From Thermodesulfobacteriota bacterium (lineage in GTDB: Bacteria > Desulfobacterota_D > UBA1144 > Nemesobacterales > JAJCZQ01), in NCBI GenBank assembly GCA_965215275.1, contig OZ244044.1, forward strand, positions 928,001 to 992,000: DNA of 64,000 nucleotides. Direction: 5' to 3'. Made by a program: the position numbers and the translations under genes. The notes under the pieces are model-generated. The model was not told where the DNA came from. It was given only the letters and a program-made list of their open reading frames with translations, and searched no databases. Shown here piece by piece: positions 50,945-61,308 of the stretch (within the stretch, counting starts at the first letter, position 1; every line of letters starts with the position of its first letter).

Positions 50945-52357
50945 TTAAAAATTCCTCAGCAGTTTTCCTTTTCTGTATTCAGCTATCAGTAAAACCCAGA
51001 CCGGCAGGAACTCTATCCACACTACCACGTTCCTGAACAGGTCTTCCATACCCCGGGGCTCAAGGTAAAACCAAAGATAGTAGAGCGTAAGCTGGGGCGT
51101 CACGACCAGTAAGGAAAATTTCGGTACAACGGCAAGGAACGGTAATAACCAGGTGTAGTACCATGGGAACTGGGTCGGACTGAGAAGAAATACGGCCGCC
51201 ACTATGAATAAGGTCCTTTTAAACATGTCCTGTCTGCTCATATCGTACTTTACGACCTGGAACAGTATCCAGACAAGCAGGATGACCGAAACAGTAACAC
51301 GTGCAGATATCTGAAGGTGCTGCTGATCAAAGCCCGCCGTGCTTATAACCCCTTTGAGAACGGACAGTATAACCTGGAAGAACAGGCTGTTGTTCTCCCA
51401 GCTTCTGCCGTAGGCGGCAAATCCCGAAAGTCCCTCGGGTGAAACTAATATCAGAGGCAGGAAAATAACGAAAAGCAGTATGAAGAAGACCAGGGCAGGT
51501 CTTACCGCGTCCATGATCCTGTTACCGCATGACCGCAGTAAAGACGGAAGAAGCACTACCGGCCATAACTTTATTCCCACACCCGCGGCTAAAGCAAGCA
51601 TGGAAAGAACGGATCTTTTCTTATATGCCAGAAGGAGTGCAGAAAGTACAAAAGGAAAGACCAGTGCCTCAAAGTGTCCTGAATTAAAGATCACGTTTAT
51701 CAGCAGGGGATTCCACCAGTATATCATCACGTTGGCAGATGAAAGTCCCAGCTCTCTGAGAATGGTCAGCAGTAAAAAGAACGTTATCAGGTCAAAAAGC
51801 AGCAGGAACACCCTCCAGAGATCAAAATCAAGCGGTGCCAGCTTATAAGAAACTGCAAAGAACACCTGGCTTACCGGAGGATAGATGGTAGGCAGGTGCC
51901 CGTGGTTGATATTTTCTATGATATCGCCTGATCCCCTGCTCAGAAGTTCCAGATCCGGTACCTGGACCTTACCGTCCAAGATCTGCTCCGGTGAATATCT
52001 GTACGGGTTAATACCGTGTGCCGTTACAGCACCATCCCACAGATATCTGAAATAATCATCCTCAAGCATTGGTGCGGAAAAAAGCATTAAGGCCCTGAGC
52101 AGAAAACCTACTGCAAAAATATAAAGAAGAGCCTTTCTCTCATTAAGAATGTTAAAGATTTCTGACCTGAAATTAACGGCCAGTATATAAACGACCGACG
52201 AGGTAAAAAGAACTATAACTAAGAGCAGAACGGGATCGACAGACACTGCCTCGGTATTGAAACGATGTGACAAAAGAAGAAGAACTGATGAAAAGATCAG
52301 AAGTAAAGACCCCAGAACGTATACCGAAAGAAGTTTACTGATCTTTTGGATAAACAT
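50945..52357 (-). CDS. GT-C membrane glycosyltransferase (GT87-like)
   Basis: DD.FRYLWDG, TIYPP, WNPL and PWY motifs; many TM segments. Confidence 0.8.
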   Translation of the reverse strand: MFIQKISKLLSVYVLGSLLLIFSSVLLLLSHRFNTEAVSVDPVLLLVIVLFTSSVVYILAVNFRSEIFNILNERKALLYIFAVGFLLRALMLFSAPMLEDDYFRYLWDGAVTAHGINPYRYSPEQILDGKVQVPDLELLSRGSGDIIENINHGHLPTIYPPVSQVFFAVSYKLAPLDFDLWRVFLLLFDLITFFLLLTILRELGLSSANVMIYWWNPLLINVIFNSGHFEALVFPFVLSALLLAYKKRSVLSMLALAAGVGIKLWPVVLLPSLLRSCGNRIMDAVRPALVFFILLFVIFLPLILVSPEGLSGFAAYGRSWENNSLFFQVILSVLKGVISTAGFDQQHLQISARVTVSVILLVWILFQVVKYDMSRQDMFKRTLFIVAAVFLLSPTQFPWYYTWLLPFLAVVPKFSLLVVTPQLTLYYLWFYLEPRGMEDLFRNVVVWIEFLPVWVLLIAEYRKGKLLRNF

Positions 52358-52399
52358 TTTGTTTTATAAGACAGGCGGAAACATATCTAACTCTCTGTA

Positions 52400-53245
52400 T
52401 TAACCTTTCCATATCTCCAGAGCTTTCCTGTAAACCTCTTTCTTCGGCAGACCAAGCTCACGAGCGGTGTCTCTGACCGCGTCGCTCAGAGACACGTTCA
52501 TATCCCTGAGGGACTTCAGTCGGTCACTGATCAGAGTCAAACTGCGACGCATCTTATCTTCCTTACTCTCCTGAAATCCCTCTATAACCAGACATATCTC
52601 TCCCTTTATGGTCCGTTTTTTCTCAAGTGTTTCACACAGATCTTCCAATGTCCCCCGCATAACCTCTTCGTGCAGCTTTGTAAGTTCTCTGCAGACAGCG
52701 GCCTTCCTGTTCCCCAGCCCCTGAAGAAAATACCGCAGTGTCTTTTTTATCCGTCTGGGTGATTCAAAAAAAATAAGGGTGTTCTTTACAGGTCTGATAT
52801 CACTTATAAGTTTTTCCATTCCCTTCTCGGACCGTGGGGGAAATCCAAAAAAAGAGAATGAACCGGCCGGCAGACCGCTGATGGTCAGCCCGGAAATTAC
52901 CGAACTTGCACCAGGTATGACCGTTACGTTCATACCTTTCTGAACTGCCAGGTCCACTATTTTATAACCAGGGTCCGATATACAGGGAGTGCCGGCATCT
53001 GTAACCAGTGCTACGTTCTTTCCGCTCTCCAGATCTTTTATCAGCTTCTGCGACTTGGTATTTTCATTGTGTTCGTGATAGCTCGTCAATCTTCCTTCTA
53101 TTTTGTAATGATCCAGGAGCTTTCTCGTGTGCCGGGTATCTTCGCAAGCTATAAGGTCAGCACTCTGTAATGTCTGAACTGCCCTGAAGGTGATATCCCC
53201 AAGGTTTCCAATTGGCGTTGATACTATATAGAGATTACCCGACAT
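52400..53245 (-). CDS. rsmI: 16S rRNA C1402 2'-O-methyltransferase
   Basis: TPIGNL.D, CEDTR, DAGTP.ISDPG and RELTK motifs. Confidence 0.96.
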   Translation of the reverse strand: MSGNLYIVSTPIGNLGDITFRAVQTLQSADLIACEDTRHTRKLLDHYKIEGRLTSYHEHNENTKSQKLIKDLESGKNVALVTDAGTPCISDPGYKIVDLAVQKGMNVTVIPGASSVISGLTISGLPAGSFSFFGFPPRSEKGMEKLISDIRPVKNTLIFFESPRRIKKTLRYFLQGLGNRKAAVCRELTKLHEEVMRGTLEDLCETLEKKRTIKGEICLVIEGFQESKEDKMRRSLTLISDRLKSLRDMNVSLSDAVRDTARELGLPKKEVYRKALEIWKG

Positions 53246-53402
53246 TTTCCTAATTCAGCACAGACCTGACGTTCTGCAGACACAAGCCGTTAAGGCTTTG
53301 TCTGGATGTGAAACTACACCGGTAAATAATACAGCAAGTCCTCAGCATATCATAATAAGAGGCAGATCTCTGAAGTGCCAAACATTATTAATTAGGTTAT
53401 AA

Positions 53403-54257
53403 TTGAGTCGTAAGGATCAAAAATCGATCTGGATCAGGAGCAAAAGAGTGAAAGAAAAGTCCATAGGGGTAGATTATTCAGAACTTCACCAGCTTGACAG
53501 CCCTGCTAACAGGCTCATAAGAGAGACCATCTGGGGCACGGAGGATGACATAGGACAGCAGTCGTTCATTACCCCTCGCTACCTTGATCAGCTTATTCAC
53601 AGACTCGGCATAGACGATAAAACTTACGTGCTTGACGTGGGAAGTGGAGCAGGAGGTCCCGCCATATACATAGCAAGCAGATCAGGATGCAGGATCGCCG
53701 GGATAGAAATAAATGACGTAGGGGTGAAAGTATCAGAAAAGCTGGCAGAAAGATCCGGACTGCAGAAAAATACGTCTTTTTATCTGGGAGATGCAATGAA
53801 TATGCCCTTTGAGGAAAATACCTTTGACCTTGCGATAAGCCTTAACGTGATGAACGTATTTGAGGACAAAGCAGGACTTTTCAGGGAAGTTTGCAGAGTT
53901 TTGAAACGTTCCGGAAGATGGGCATTTCTAAGCGGCACATTTGATAAACTTGACGATGACACAAGGCGCAAAATGGCAAGAGGTTATCTTATTCCCCAAT
54001 ACTATGATTCACTTGAAAGTTACAGAGAAAAACTCGAACTGTCCGGCTTTGAGACCAAAGAGATTACGGAGTACGTGTCGGACTTTAAAAAACAGGTTAC
54101 AAAGTGGGGAGAAGCATATAAAAAGCATGCAGAAGAGATAGCAAAAGAACAGGGAGAACAAAACACCCAATATCACATTGAATACTTCGATACTTATCTA
54201 AAACTGGTCGAAGATGGAAAAGCCTCCAATCATCTCATTGTGTCTGCACCTTCTTGA
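53403..54257 (+). CDS. Class I SAM-dependent methyltransferase
   Basis: VLDVGSGAGG and MPFEENTFD motifs. Confidence 0.85.
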   Translation: MSRKDQKSIWIRSKRVKEKSIGVDYSELHQLDSPANRLIRETIWGTEDDIGQQSFITPRYLDQLIHRLGIDDKTYVLDVGSGAGGPAIYIASRSGCRIAGIEINDVGVKVSEKLAERSGLQKNTSFYLGDAMNMPFEENTFDLAISLNVMNVFEDKAGLFREVCRVLKRSGRWAFLSGTFDKLDDDTRRKMARGYLIPQYYDSLESYREKLELSGFETKEITEYVSDFKKQVTKWGEAYKKHAEEIAKEQGEQNTQYHIEYFDTYLKLVEDGKASNHLIVSAPS

Positions 54258-54392
54258 TAAGATCTGAACTTTTTGAAGAAAGCCCAGAATGAGACGGGAA
54301 GGGTCTAATTTCAATCGAACGAAAGACAAAAATTCATTCGCAAAAACTGCTATCGTTAAAAACTTAGTTGTAATACTGATGATTAGATAAGT

Positions 54393-55367
54393 CTATAATT
54401 CAATTTCCTCAACTTTGTCAAAAAAGTCAGAATCAATATCTTTAATTTCATAAGATTTACTTGTTTTAACACCAACATCATACTCGTACATAAGATCTGC
54501 CAGTTTTTCTCCATCTATAAGAATCATTTTGGGGCGATAATTGTCGGCTGTTTCTTTAGCATGCCTATCGAACCTTGAAGTAGTTACAAAAACTCCGTTG
54601 TTTGGAGTAATTGCCCCAATGAAATTACGAATGTCACCTTCACGGACTTCGTTTTCTTCTTTATAGCGTTTCGTTTGAATGTAGATCTTTTCAAACCCTA
54701 GTTTATCTTCATTGATTATCCCGTCAATTCCTCTATCACGAGATTTTTTCGTTTCAACGGGATCACCATAACCCATTCTCTTTAAAAGAATCAAAACAAT
54801 TTTTTGAAGATCATGAGGAGGGTCAACTGCTCTTAATTCTTCTAATAATTCTGTTGTAACCTTTTCTTTAATTTTAAGAAATGCAAAATCAATCAACTCT
54901 GGAGGAGGGTAATCTTCAATATTTTCGTATTTTGATTTACTTTTTTCAGTCCGTACAGATTTACGATGTGTCATATGTGCCACATAATCAGGGTCTTTTC
55001 TTAAATCTTGCAATGTGAGGTTTCCAGTTGTTAAAACATTCATTCCTTTATCCGTAATTTTCACTGTGCCACGTTTTGGATACTCAACAAATTTTCCCAA
55101 TTTCAAATGAGACCTTCCCCAATAGATTCTATCAAGCAATTTATTATCTCCTGTTGAAGGTACTGTTTCCTCCAGCAGATTCTTTGGTAAACTGCTGTAA
55201 TATTTATCGCGAACATGAGTTCCTAATTTTTTGTAATGTAACGGACCTTTAGCACTAAGTACTTCCAATATAGGTTTAAATGTCTCATGATATTTCGGTA
55301 ATTCCACAGTTACACCTATCTTTAAATTAGGTTTAAAATTTGTTGCGTTATTCCTGTAATTGTTCAA
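54393..55367 (-). CDS. mrr: Mrr-family restriction endonuclease (start may be slightly downstream)
   Basis: N-terminal Mrr domain (RI.W...L), D.GIDG, YIQ.KRY and LIDG..L motifs. Confidence 0.85.
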   Translation of the reverse strand: MNNYRNNATNFKPNLKIGVTVELPKYHETFKPILEVLSAKGPLHYKKLGTHVRDKYYSSLPKNLLEETVPSTGDNKLLDRIYWGRSHLKLGKFVEYPKRGTVKITDKGMNVLTTGNLTLQDLRKDPDYVAHMTHRKSVRTEKSKSKYENIEDYPPPELIDFAFLKIKEKVTTELLEELRAVDPPHDLQKIVLILLKRMGYGDPVETKKSRDRGIDGIINEDKLGFEKIYIQTKRYKEENEVREGDIRNFIGAITPNNGVFVTTSRFDRHAKETADNYRPKMILIDGEKLADLMYEYDVGVKTSKSYEIKDIDSDFFDKVEEIEL

Positions 55368-56598
55368 ATTCTAAAATTGACTGCAATAATCTTGCATTGT
55401 ACTTAGCTATTTTTTTAATTTTATTCTGTTCTCTGCTATAAAATGCATCTTTTCCATTAGTGGTTTTTACGCTGCCCTTAATTTCAATATCAGAAAATAT
55501 AGCTTCGTTGGGGTTGATATTCAAGACAACATTTCTGTTGCCGTTCCGCGAGATTTGTTTGTGTTGGGATCTATGGATATAAATTAAGTTTCGGTAATCG
55601 TCAATAATTTTTGCTTCATTTTTATTTCGAGCCCACGAAATAGGAACGATATGATGAAGTTCAAATTTATCTTTTCTTTCAATTTGGTGAAATGTAAAGT
55701 ACTCATGCTTTGGAATAACGCTTCTTTTACTCGGTTCTTGAAAAAATCCTGTGCTTCCAGTACTGATGCGAAAAGATTTATTTTGATCAACTGCAAAGTA
55801 AACAGTGGTTTTAAGCAAACTCATTATTTGTTGTGCCTGATTTTTCCAATTATGGAAATCTCGTAGAACGGTCTTATTTCCCTTAAAATTATCTGGACTA
55901 GCGTACTCTTTAACCAAATCTATCACTTTTGAACGCTCATATTTTCTCAAACTACGGTATGAATTAAGAAGTCCTATTTTATCCAAATCACTGTTGTTAT
56001 CCGAGAAAATAAACATAAATTCATAAATACTGACTATGTCATTTGCATAATCACTAAGATTTATCGTCTCAGCTAATTCAGAAATTTTGCTACCAAAAAG
56101 TTTGTCTATGCAGTCAGTAAACTTTTTATACTCTTCAATCAAGGTTGTAGCTTCTACAAATTCAACCGCACTCTTTGTTAATATACCATGACGGACATGT
56201 TCGCCTGTTTTACTCATCTTGATTTTTATTTCCAAAAGACCCATTTTTTTCAAATCTGGGAAGAAGTTCTTTTTCAGAGAGTTGATAGTACCTCGTCCCA
56301 TTTCAGAGTGGGTCTGATCGACGATTTTCTGATATTCTTGAAAATCAACAGATAGTGTATCATCTCGGTCATAGTCACCTGGGGGAATTGCAAAATAGTT
56401 CAGACCAGCAACACGGTGGATGTTTTGCAGTATTTTTTTAATATAATTGATATCATATCTGTTGTGTTGTGAAATATGCCAACCTCGATATTCAGGACTA
56501 CAAAGTCGTTTCACTATGTATTTCAGAAAAAGATTATCTTTGTTTATAGACAAAATTTCATTCAAAATCTGTTGTGTTCCTTTTCTAATAATTTTCAC
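55348..56598 (-). CDS. HNH-type IIS restriction endonuclease, MboII/HpyAII-like
   Basis: C-terminal ELHHIVP...NL...H; lies downstream of two MTases, one of them M1.MboII-like. Confidence 0.75.
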   Translation of the reverse strand: MKIIRKGTQQILNEILSINKDNLFLKYIVKRLCSPEYRGWHISQHNRYDINYIKKILQNIHRVAGLNYFAIPPGDYDRDDTLSVDFQEYQKIVDQTHSEMGRGTINSLKKNFFPDLKKMGLLEIKIKMSKTGEHVRHGILTKSAVEFVEATTLIEEYKKFTDCIDKLFGSKISELAETINLSDYANDIVSIYEFMFIFSDNNSDLDKIGLLNSYRSLRKYERSKVIDLVKEYASPDNFKGNKTVLRDFHNWKNQAQQIMSLLKTTVYFAVDQNKSFRISTGSTGFFQEPSKRSVIPKHEYFTFHQIERKDKFELHHIVPISWARNKNEAKIIDDYRNLIYIHRSQHKQISRNGNRNVVLNINPNEAIFSDIEIKGSVKTTNGKDAFYSREQNKIKKIAKYNARLLQSILEFEQLQE

Positions 56599-57380
56599 TT
56601 AATATCCTTTAATCTTTTCCTTGCTGCTTCTACATAAGTTTTTTCTAAATCACAGCAAAGGAAATTTCTTTTGAGCTTTTTTGCAGCGACCGCCGTTGTC
56701 CCCATACCCACAAAGCAATCCAGAACTAAATCGTTTTCGTTTGAACTTGCTGTGATAATTCTTTCAACTAATTCCAATGGCTTTGGTGTTGCGTGATTCA
56801 TTTTTTGAACTTTGCCATTTATCTTGTTTTTGTGTCTTTCGCTAGTTATATGCCAAACTTCTCCACACAATCGTCCTTTGGGATTAGGAAACCAACGTCT
56901 ACCATTTTTTAATATGCCTTTTTTCTTTGCGTGCTCAATTCTCTCTGTTGATTCGTATGGTACACGCACATCGTCATAGTTAAAGGTGTGCTTCTGACCC
57001 TTCGTAAAGAAAACTATAGTCTCTTGCCCGTTACTAAAACGCCTACGTGCACCACCCAATCCGTCTCGCTTATCCCAAGTAATCCAATTTTGAAAATTCA
57101 ATTCTCTACTTATTAAATACCTAAGTATGAAAGACGAATTATACGGTGTATTAAAAATGTATAAACTGCCATTATCTTTTATCTTTGGAATAACGGCATC
57201 AATCCAAGAATAAGTAAAATCAAAAAATTCTTTTTCTGATTTGAAAGTGTCCCAATCTGCTTTTCGCATATTGTACGGCGGGTCTATAACAGCAAGATCG
57301 ACAACGCCATCATCAACCCGCTTTAAAAATTTGAAACAGTCCATTCGGTGTATTTTATTATGCGTAATTTTATTGGACAT
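56595..57380 (-). CDS. N6-adenine DNA methyltransferase, M1.MboII-like
   Basis: IDPPYN, WITWDKRDG, KGILKNG.RWFPNP.GRLCGEVWH; closely resembles M1.MboII as recalled. Confidence 0.88.
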   Translation of the reverse strand: MSNKITHNKIHRMDCFKFLKRVDDGVVDLAVIDPPYNMRKADWDTFKSEKEFFDFTYSWIDAVIPKIKDNGSLYIFNTPYNSSFILRYLISRELNFQNWITWDKRDGLGGARRRFSNGQETIVFFTKGQKHTFNYDDVRVPYESTERIEHAKKKGILKNGRRWFPNPKGRLCGEVWHITSERHKNKINGKVQKMNHATPKPLELVERIITASSNENDLVLDCFVGMGTTAVAAKKLKRNFLCCDLEKTYVEAARKRLKDIK

Positions 57381-58245
57381 GCTTTTTCTCTGTTTTGTTT
57401 TCAGCTAACTTCAATTTTTTTTCTATCACTTCTTTGTAACTGCTCATTACCTCATAACCAATAAAATTACGGCCCTCTTCTTTTGCTACTTTCAAAGTTG
57501 TTCCGCTTCCCGCGAAAGGGTCCATAACGACATCGTCAGTATAGGTAAATAACCTTACACAACGATAAACAATCTCTTCAGGCATAATCGCACTATGATC
57601 ACCAAAAGCAGCATCGTTCTTACCAGGAACAGGCATTCTCCAAACCTGTTTTGTATACTCAACCCATTCTTTCTGAGTTAGTTTGCTTGCTTCTTTGATT
57701 TTCTTTGGCAGATCATTGATTGGGTTGCCGTCTTTGACATAAACAGTTATGAACTCGCTGGTATTCTGTGCATAAAAGTTTCTTGGATACGGATAACTAC
57801 CGAACATCAATTTTTTACTTGGATTGGTTCGTTCCCAAATGTAAACATCATGCAAAAACATTTTTGTTTTTTTTTGATATAAAATTGAATGTTGTATATC
57901 AGAGTTAAGATCAAATATATGTCTATTGTGGTGCGTTGAGTAATCTGCTTTTTTCATTGGTATAAGTGGAGTATTTATTACCAATTTCCCATTAGGTTTT
58001 AAAACTCGCTCACACTCCTTCCAAACCTTCAATAGTTCTTTGATAAAAAGTTTATAATCATCTATATCGCCAAGTTGTTCTTTATGTTTTTCACTATTGC
58101 TACTCTTTTGGTATCCATCCTTTGCGTAATCTTTAATATTAAAATACGGTGGAGATGTAACGATCAAATCAACTATTTCATCGGGGACTTCGCTCATATT
58201 TTGAGCGTTTCTATAAAATACTTTGTTTATAAAATCTTTATTCAT
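57370..58245 (-). CDS. N4-cytosine DNA methyltransferase (M2-type partner)
   Basis: VTSPPY followed by DPFAGSGTT (beta class). Confidence 0.88.
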   Translation of the reverse strand: MNKDFINKVFYRNAQNMSEVPDEIVDLIVTSPPYFNIKDYAKDGYQKSSNSEKHKEQLGDIDDYKLFIKELLKVWKECERVLKPNGKLVINTPLIPMKKADYSTHHNRHIFDLNSDIQHSILYQKKTKMFLHDVYIWERTNPSKKLMFGSYPYPRNFYAQNTSEFITVYVKDGNPINDLPKKIKEASKLTQKEWVEYTKQVWRMPVPGKNDAAFGDHSAIMPEEIVYRCVRLFTYTDDVVMDPFAGSGTTLKVAKEEGRNFIGYEVMSSYKEVIEKKLKLAENKTEKKHVQ

Positions 58246-58250
58246 AATAT

Positions 58251-58463
58251 CTACTTCAAAAGTTCAGCAATAGAAACACTAAAAGCTCTTGCAAGTTTTT
58301 CTATTGTTGCAAGGGTTGGATTTTTGTTGCCGTTTTCAAGGTGGCTCACATATGAACGATCAGCCCTGATTTGCTTACATAAGTCTCCTTGGGACATTCC
58401 TTTATCTAAACGCAACTTTTTTATGTTCGACCCAAGTTTTCTCGCAGAGGTTTTTCTATCCAT
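58251..58463 (-). CDS. XRE-family HTH regulator (RM controller protein-like)
   Basis: 70 aa with SQ..L...RSYVS.LE.G..NPTL; first gene of the RM operon. Confidence 0.85.
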   Translation of the reverse strand: MDRKTSARKLGSNIKKLRLDKGMSQGDLCKQIRADRSYVSHLENGNKNPTLATIEKLARAFSVSIAELLK

Positions 58464-58482
58464 AATCTGTATTATAGCAGTT

Positions 58483-58520
58483 TGTTGTATTAAAGAACAA
58501 TATTGTTTTATAATACAACA
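58483..58520. promoter_or_regulatory. 38-bp near-perfect palindrome, putative controller-protein operator
   Basis: TGTTGTATTA-AAG-AACAATATTGTT-TTA-TAATACAACA, about 20 bp upstream of the HTH start. Confidence 0.65.
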
Positions 58521-58588
58521 TTTGAACGAAACAACTAAAGCAAGTCCGTATCAAGACATACTCTCTCTTAAATACCGAACTTGTAACT

Positions 58589-58674
<86 letters not shown>

Positions 58675-58887
58675 GAGATACAATATAGTACAGACAATAT
58701 ATACGACGTGCTGGTGTTTTTGTTAAAATAACTGCTCTATATTAAAAATCCACACTTGATCTGCCATCCAGACCAGCTGATACCTATTTGACTTAAACAG
58801 TATAGTTATGTAGTATTTCCCACGAAAGTTATCATTTAGAGAAGCGGTACCTACATAGCTTAGATACTTTCTTTAATTCTTATTTAT

Positions 58888-60345
58888 TTGAGCTACAAAA
58901 TGGCAAAGCAGAAAAACACCCCCGACAAACCGAATGAATTTTTTGATGAAATGTTCGGCAGTGATGGGGAACTTCGTGACCTCTATAAAGAATACAAAGA
59001 GTGGTTCAACTCTGAAAATATAGCTCATCTGAACCTGAAATCAGATGAGGCCAGGGATTTCTTTCAACGCACCGGGATTACATTTAACCTTCACGGTGAT
59101 GACGACAGCGAAAGACTGATCCCGTTCGACATCGTTCCCCGTATAATCTCCAGCAAGGAATGGGAACATCTGACAAAAGGGATCGAGCAGAGGGTAAAGG
59201 CCATGAACGCCTTTCTTGATGATATCTATCATCGGCAGGAGATAGTACGAGCCGGCAAGATACCTCTGGAAATGATCACCGAGAATTCAGCCTTTCTGCC
59301 CCAGATGATAGGAGTATCGCCTCCGGGTAACGTTTATACTCACGTGGTGGGAGTTGATATCGTCCGGACCGGTGAAGATGAATTCTACGTTCTGGAAGAC
59401 AATGCACGCACGCCGTCCGGGGTAGCCTACATGATAGAGAACCGGGAAACCATGCTCCACATGTTCCCGGAACTGTTCACTCATATAGACGTTAAGATAG
59501 TGATAGACTATCCGGTAAAGCTCAGAAGACACCTGAGAAAATGTGCTCCGAAGATCTGCGACAGTAAGCCCGTGGTGGCAGTGCTCACTCCGGGTATCCA
59601 TAACTCCGCGTACTTCGAGCACGCGTCCCTGGCAGATCTGATGGGGGTTGAACTGGTTGAAGGACACGACCTGCGTATCATTGACGGCCGGATCGCCATG
59701 CGTACTATCCGTGGGTACAAACCGATCGACGTCCTTTACAGACGTATAGACGATGATTACCTCGACCCTCTCAACTTTAATCCACAATCCGTTCTGGGAA
59801 TACCCGGTATCTTCGACGTGTTCAGGGCGGGAAGGCTCACGATCGCCAATGCTCCGGGCACAGGTATAGCCGACAATAAGGCCGTTTATTCCTACATCCC
59901 CGAGATCATTGAGTTCTATACGGGAGAAAAGGCGATCCTGAAAAACGTGAAAACCTGGCGATGCTCGCAGGAAGATGCCCTGAAGTACGTTCTGGACAAT
60001 CTGTCGGACCTCGTCGTCAAGGAAGTGCATGGTTCGGGAGGTTACGGGATGCTGGTAGGTCCCGCTGCAAGCAAGTCCGAACTGAACGAATTTAAAATAA
60101 AGTTGAAAGAAAACCCTCAGAACTATATAGCTCAGCCTACTCTTTCGCTCTCCACGGTCCCGATACTGACCAGTAAGGGACTGGCCCCTCGTCACGTCGA
60201 CCTGAGACCTTTTGTTCTGGTCTCGCCGGATAATATAGACATCGTTCCGGGAGGGCTTACCAGAGTAGCACTTACCGAAGGTTCACTTGTTGTTAATTCC
60301 AGCCAAGGAGGAGGAACTAAGGACACCTGGGTTTTATCGAAATAG
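58888..60345 (+). CDS. Circularly permuted type 2 ATP-grasp protein
   Basis: LEDN.R.PSG, NSAYFEH, RHVDLRPF and VNSSQGGG.KD motifs. Confidence 0.93.
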   Translation: MSYKMAKQKNTPDKPNEFFDEMFGSDGELRDLYKEYKEWFNSENIAHLNLKSDEARDFFQRTGITFNLHGDDDSERLIPFDIVPRIISSKEWEHLTKGIEQRVKAMNAFLDDIYHRQEIVRAGKIPLEMITENSAFLPQMIGVSPPGNVYTHVVGVDIVRTGEDEFYVLEDNARTPSGVAYMIENRETMLHMFPELFTHIDVKIVIDYPVKLRRHLRKCAPKICDSKPVVAVLTPGIHNSAYFEHASLADLMGVELVEGHDLRIIDGRIAMRTIRGYKPIDVLYRRIDDDYLDPLNFNPQSVLGIPGIFDVFRAGRLTIANAPGTGIADNKAVYSYIPEIIEFYTGEKAILKNVKTWRCSQEDALKYVLDNLSDLVVKEVHGSGGYGMLVGPAASKSELNEFKIKLKENPQNYIAQPTLSLSTVPILTSKGLAPRHVDLRPFVLVSPDNIDIVPGGLTRVALTEGSLVVNSSQGGGTKDTWVLSK

Positions 60346-60363
60346 ACCTTAGAAAAAAACGAT

Positions 60364-61305
60364 ATGCTTGGAAAGACCGCAGGGGGAATGTTCTGGATAT
60401 TCCGCTATCTGGAAAGGAGTGAAAACACCGCAAGAATGCTTGACGCAGGATTTCGCATTGCGATGACCCGCTCGGAAGCAGCCGGGAACGAGTGGGCATC
60501 TCTGATCAGCACAAACGGCAGTAAAGACGTCTTTCTGCAGAAATACAAAAAATATGAATCTTCTGCCGTTATTGATTTCCTTCTGTGCGACCGGGACAAC
60601 CCATCCAGTGTAATATCGGTGATAAATGCCGCTCGCAACAATGCAAGAATGGTACGCTCTTCCCTGAGCCGGGAGGTCTGGGAAGCTATCAACACGTGCT
60701 GGATAACACTGAAGAACGTACTTAACAGGCGTATAGAGGAACGGGAACTGCCAGCGGTGATCACGACCATCTGCCAGCAAAGCACGATGATACGAGGCAC
60801 GTTCTTCGGCACCATGATACGTAACGACATCTTCAGTTTTTCACGTCTTGGCACCTGTATAGAACGGGCGGACAACATGGCAAGGATGCTTGACGTTAAG
60901 TACTACGTTCTGCTTCCCTCGGTCTCCTTAATAGGAAGCACCCTTGATAACATACAGTGGGAAACCATCCTGAGGGCCATTTCAGCTCCACACGTCCATA
61001 AGTGGCTCAATGAGGATTACATCAACCCCAAGCTGATCGCGGAGTTCCTGATACTTGAACGGCGGATGCCCAGGTCCCTTATCTGCTGTTATGAGGAAAT
61101 ACTTGATAACCTTAACTTAATTGCCAACAGTGAAAGTGATTCCTTCCCTTCCATTGACCAGGCAGAAGAAATAATGAACAATTTTGAAAACAGCTCGATC
61201 GACACTGTTTTTGAATTTGGACTTCATGAATTTATAATAGATTTCATCCATGACAACAACGCTTTAAGTGAACAGATACAAAAGGACTTTCGCTTTTACA
61301 GATAG
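60364..61305 (+). CDS. Alpha-E domain protein
   Basis: FW..RYLER.EN.AR, IERAD..AR and PRS motifs. Confidence 0.92.
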   Translation: MLGKTAGGMFWIFRYLERSENTARMLDAGFRIAMTRSEAAGNEWASLISTNGSKDVFLQKYKKYESSAVIDFLLCDRDNPSSVISVINAARNNARMVRSSLSREVWEAINTCWITLKNVLNRRIEERELPAVITTICQQSTMIRGTFFGTMIRNDIFSFSRLGTCIERADNMARMLDVKYYVLLPSVSLIGSTLDNIQWETILRAISAPHVHKWLNEDYINPKLIAEFLILERRMPRSLICCYEEILDNLNLIANSESDSFPSIDQAEEIMNNFENSSIDTVFEFGLHEFIIDFIHDNNALSEQIQKDFRFYR

Positions 61306-61308
61306 AAA

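Noticed and set aside
54258..54392. attL/attR duplication of the tRNA-Ser 3' end
   Set aside because: No convincing copy of the tRNA 3' sequence was found.
59287..60195. 302-aa antisense ORF, and similar shadow ORFs such as 26470..27183 and 601..927
   Set aside because: They lie opposite well-supported genes and carry no recognisable motifs.
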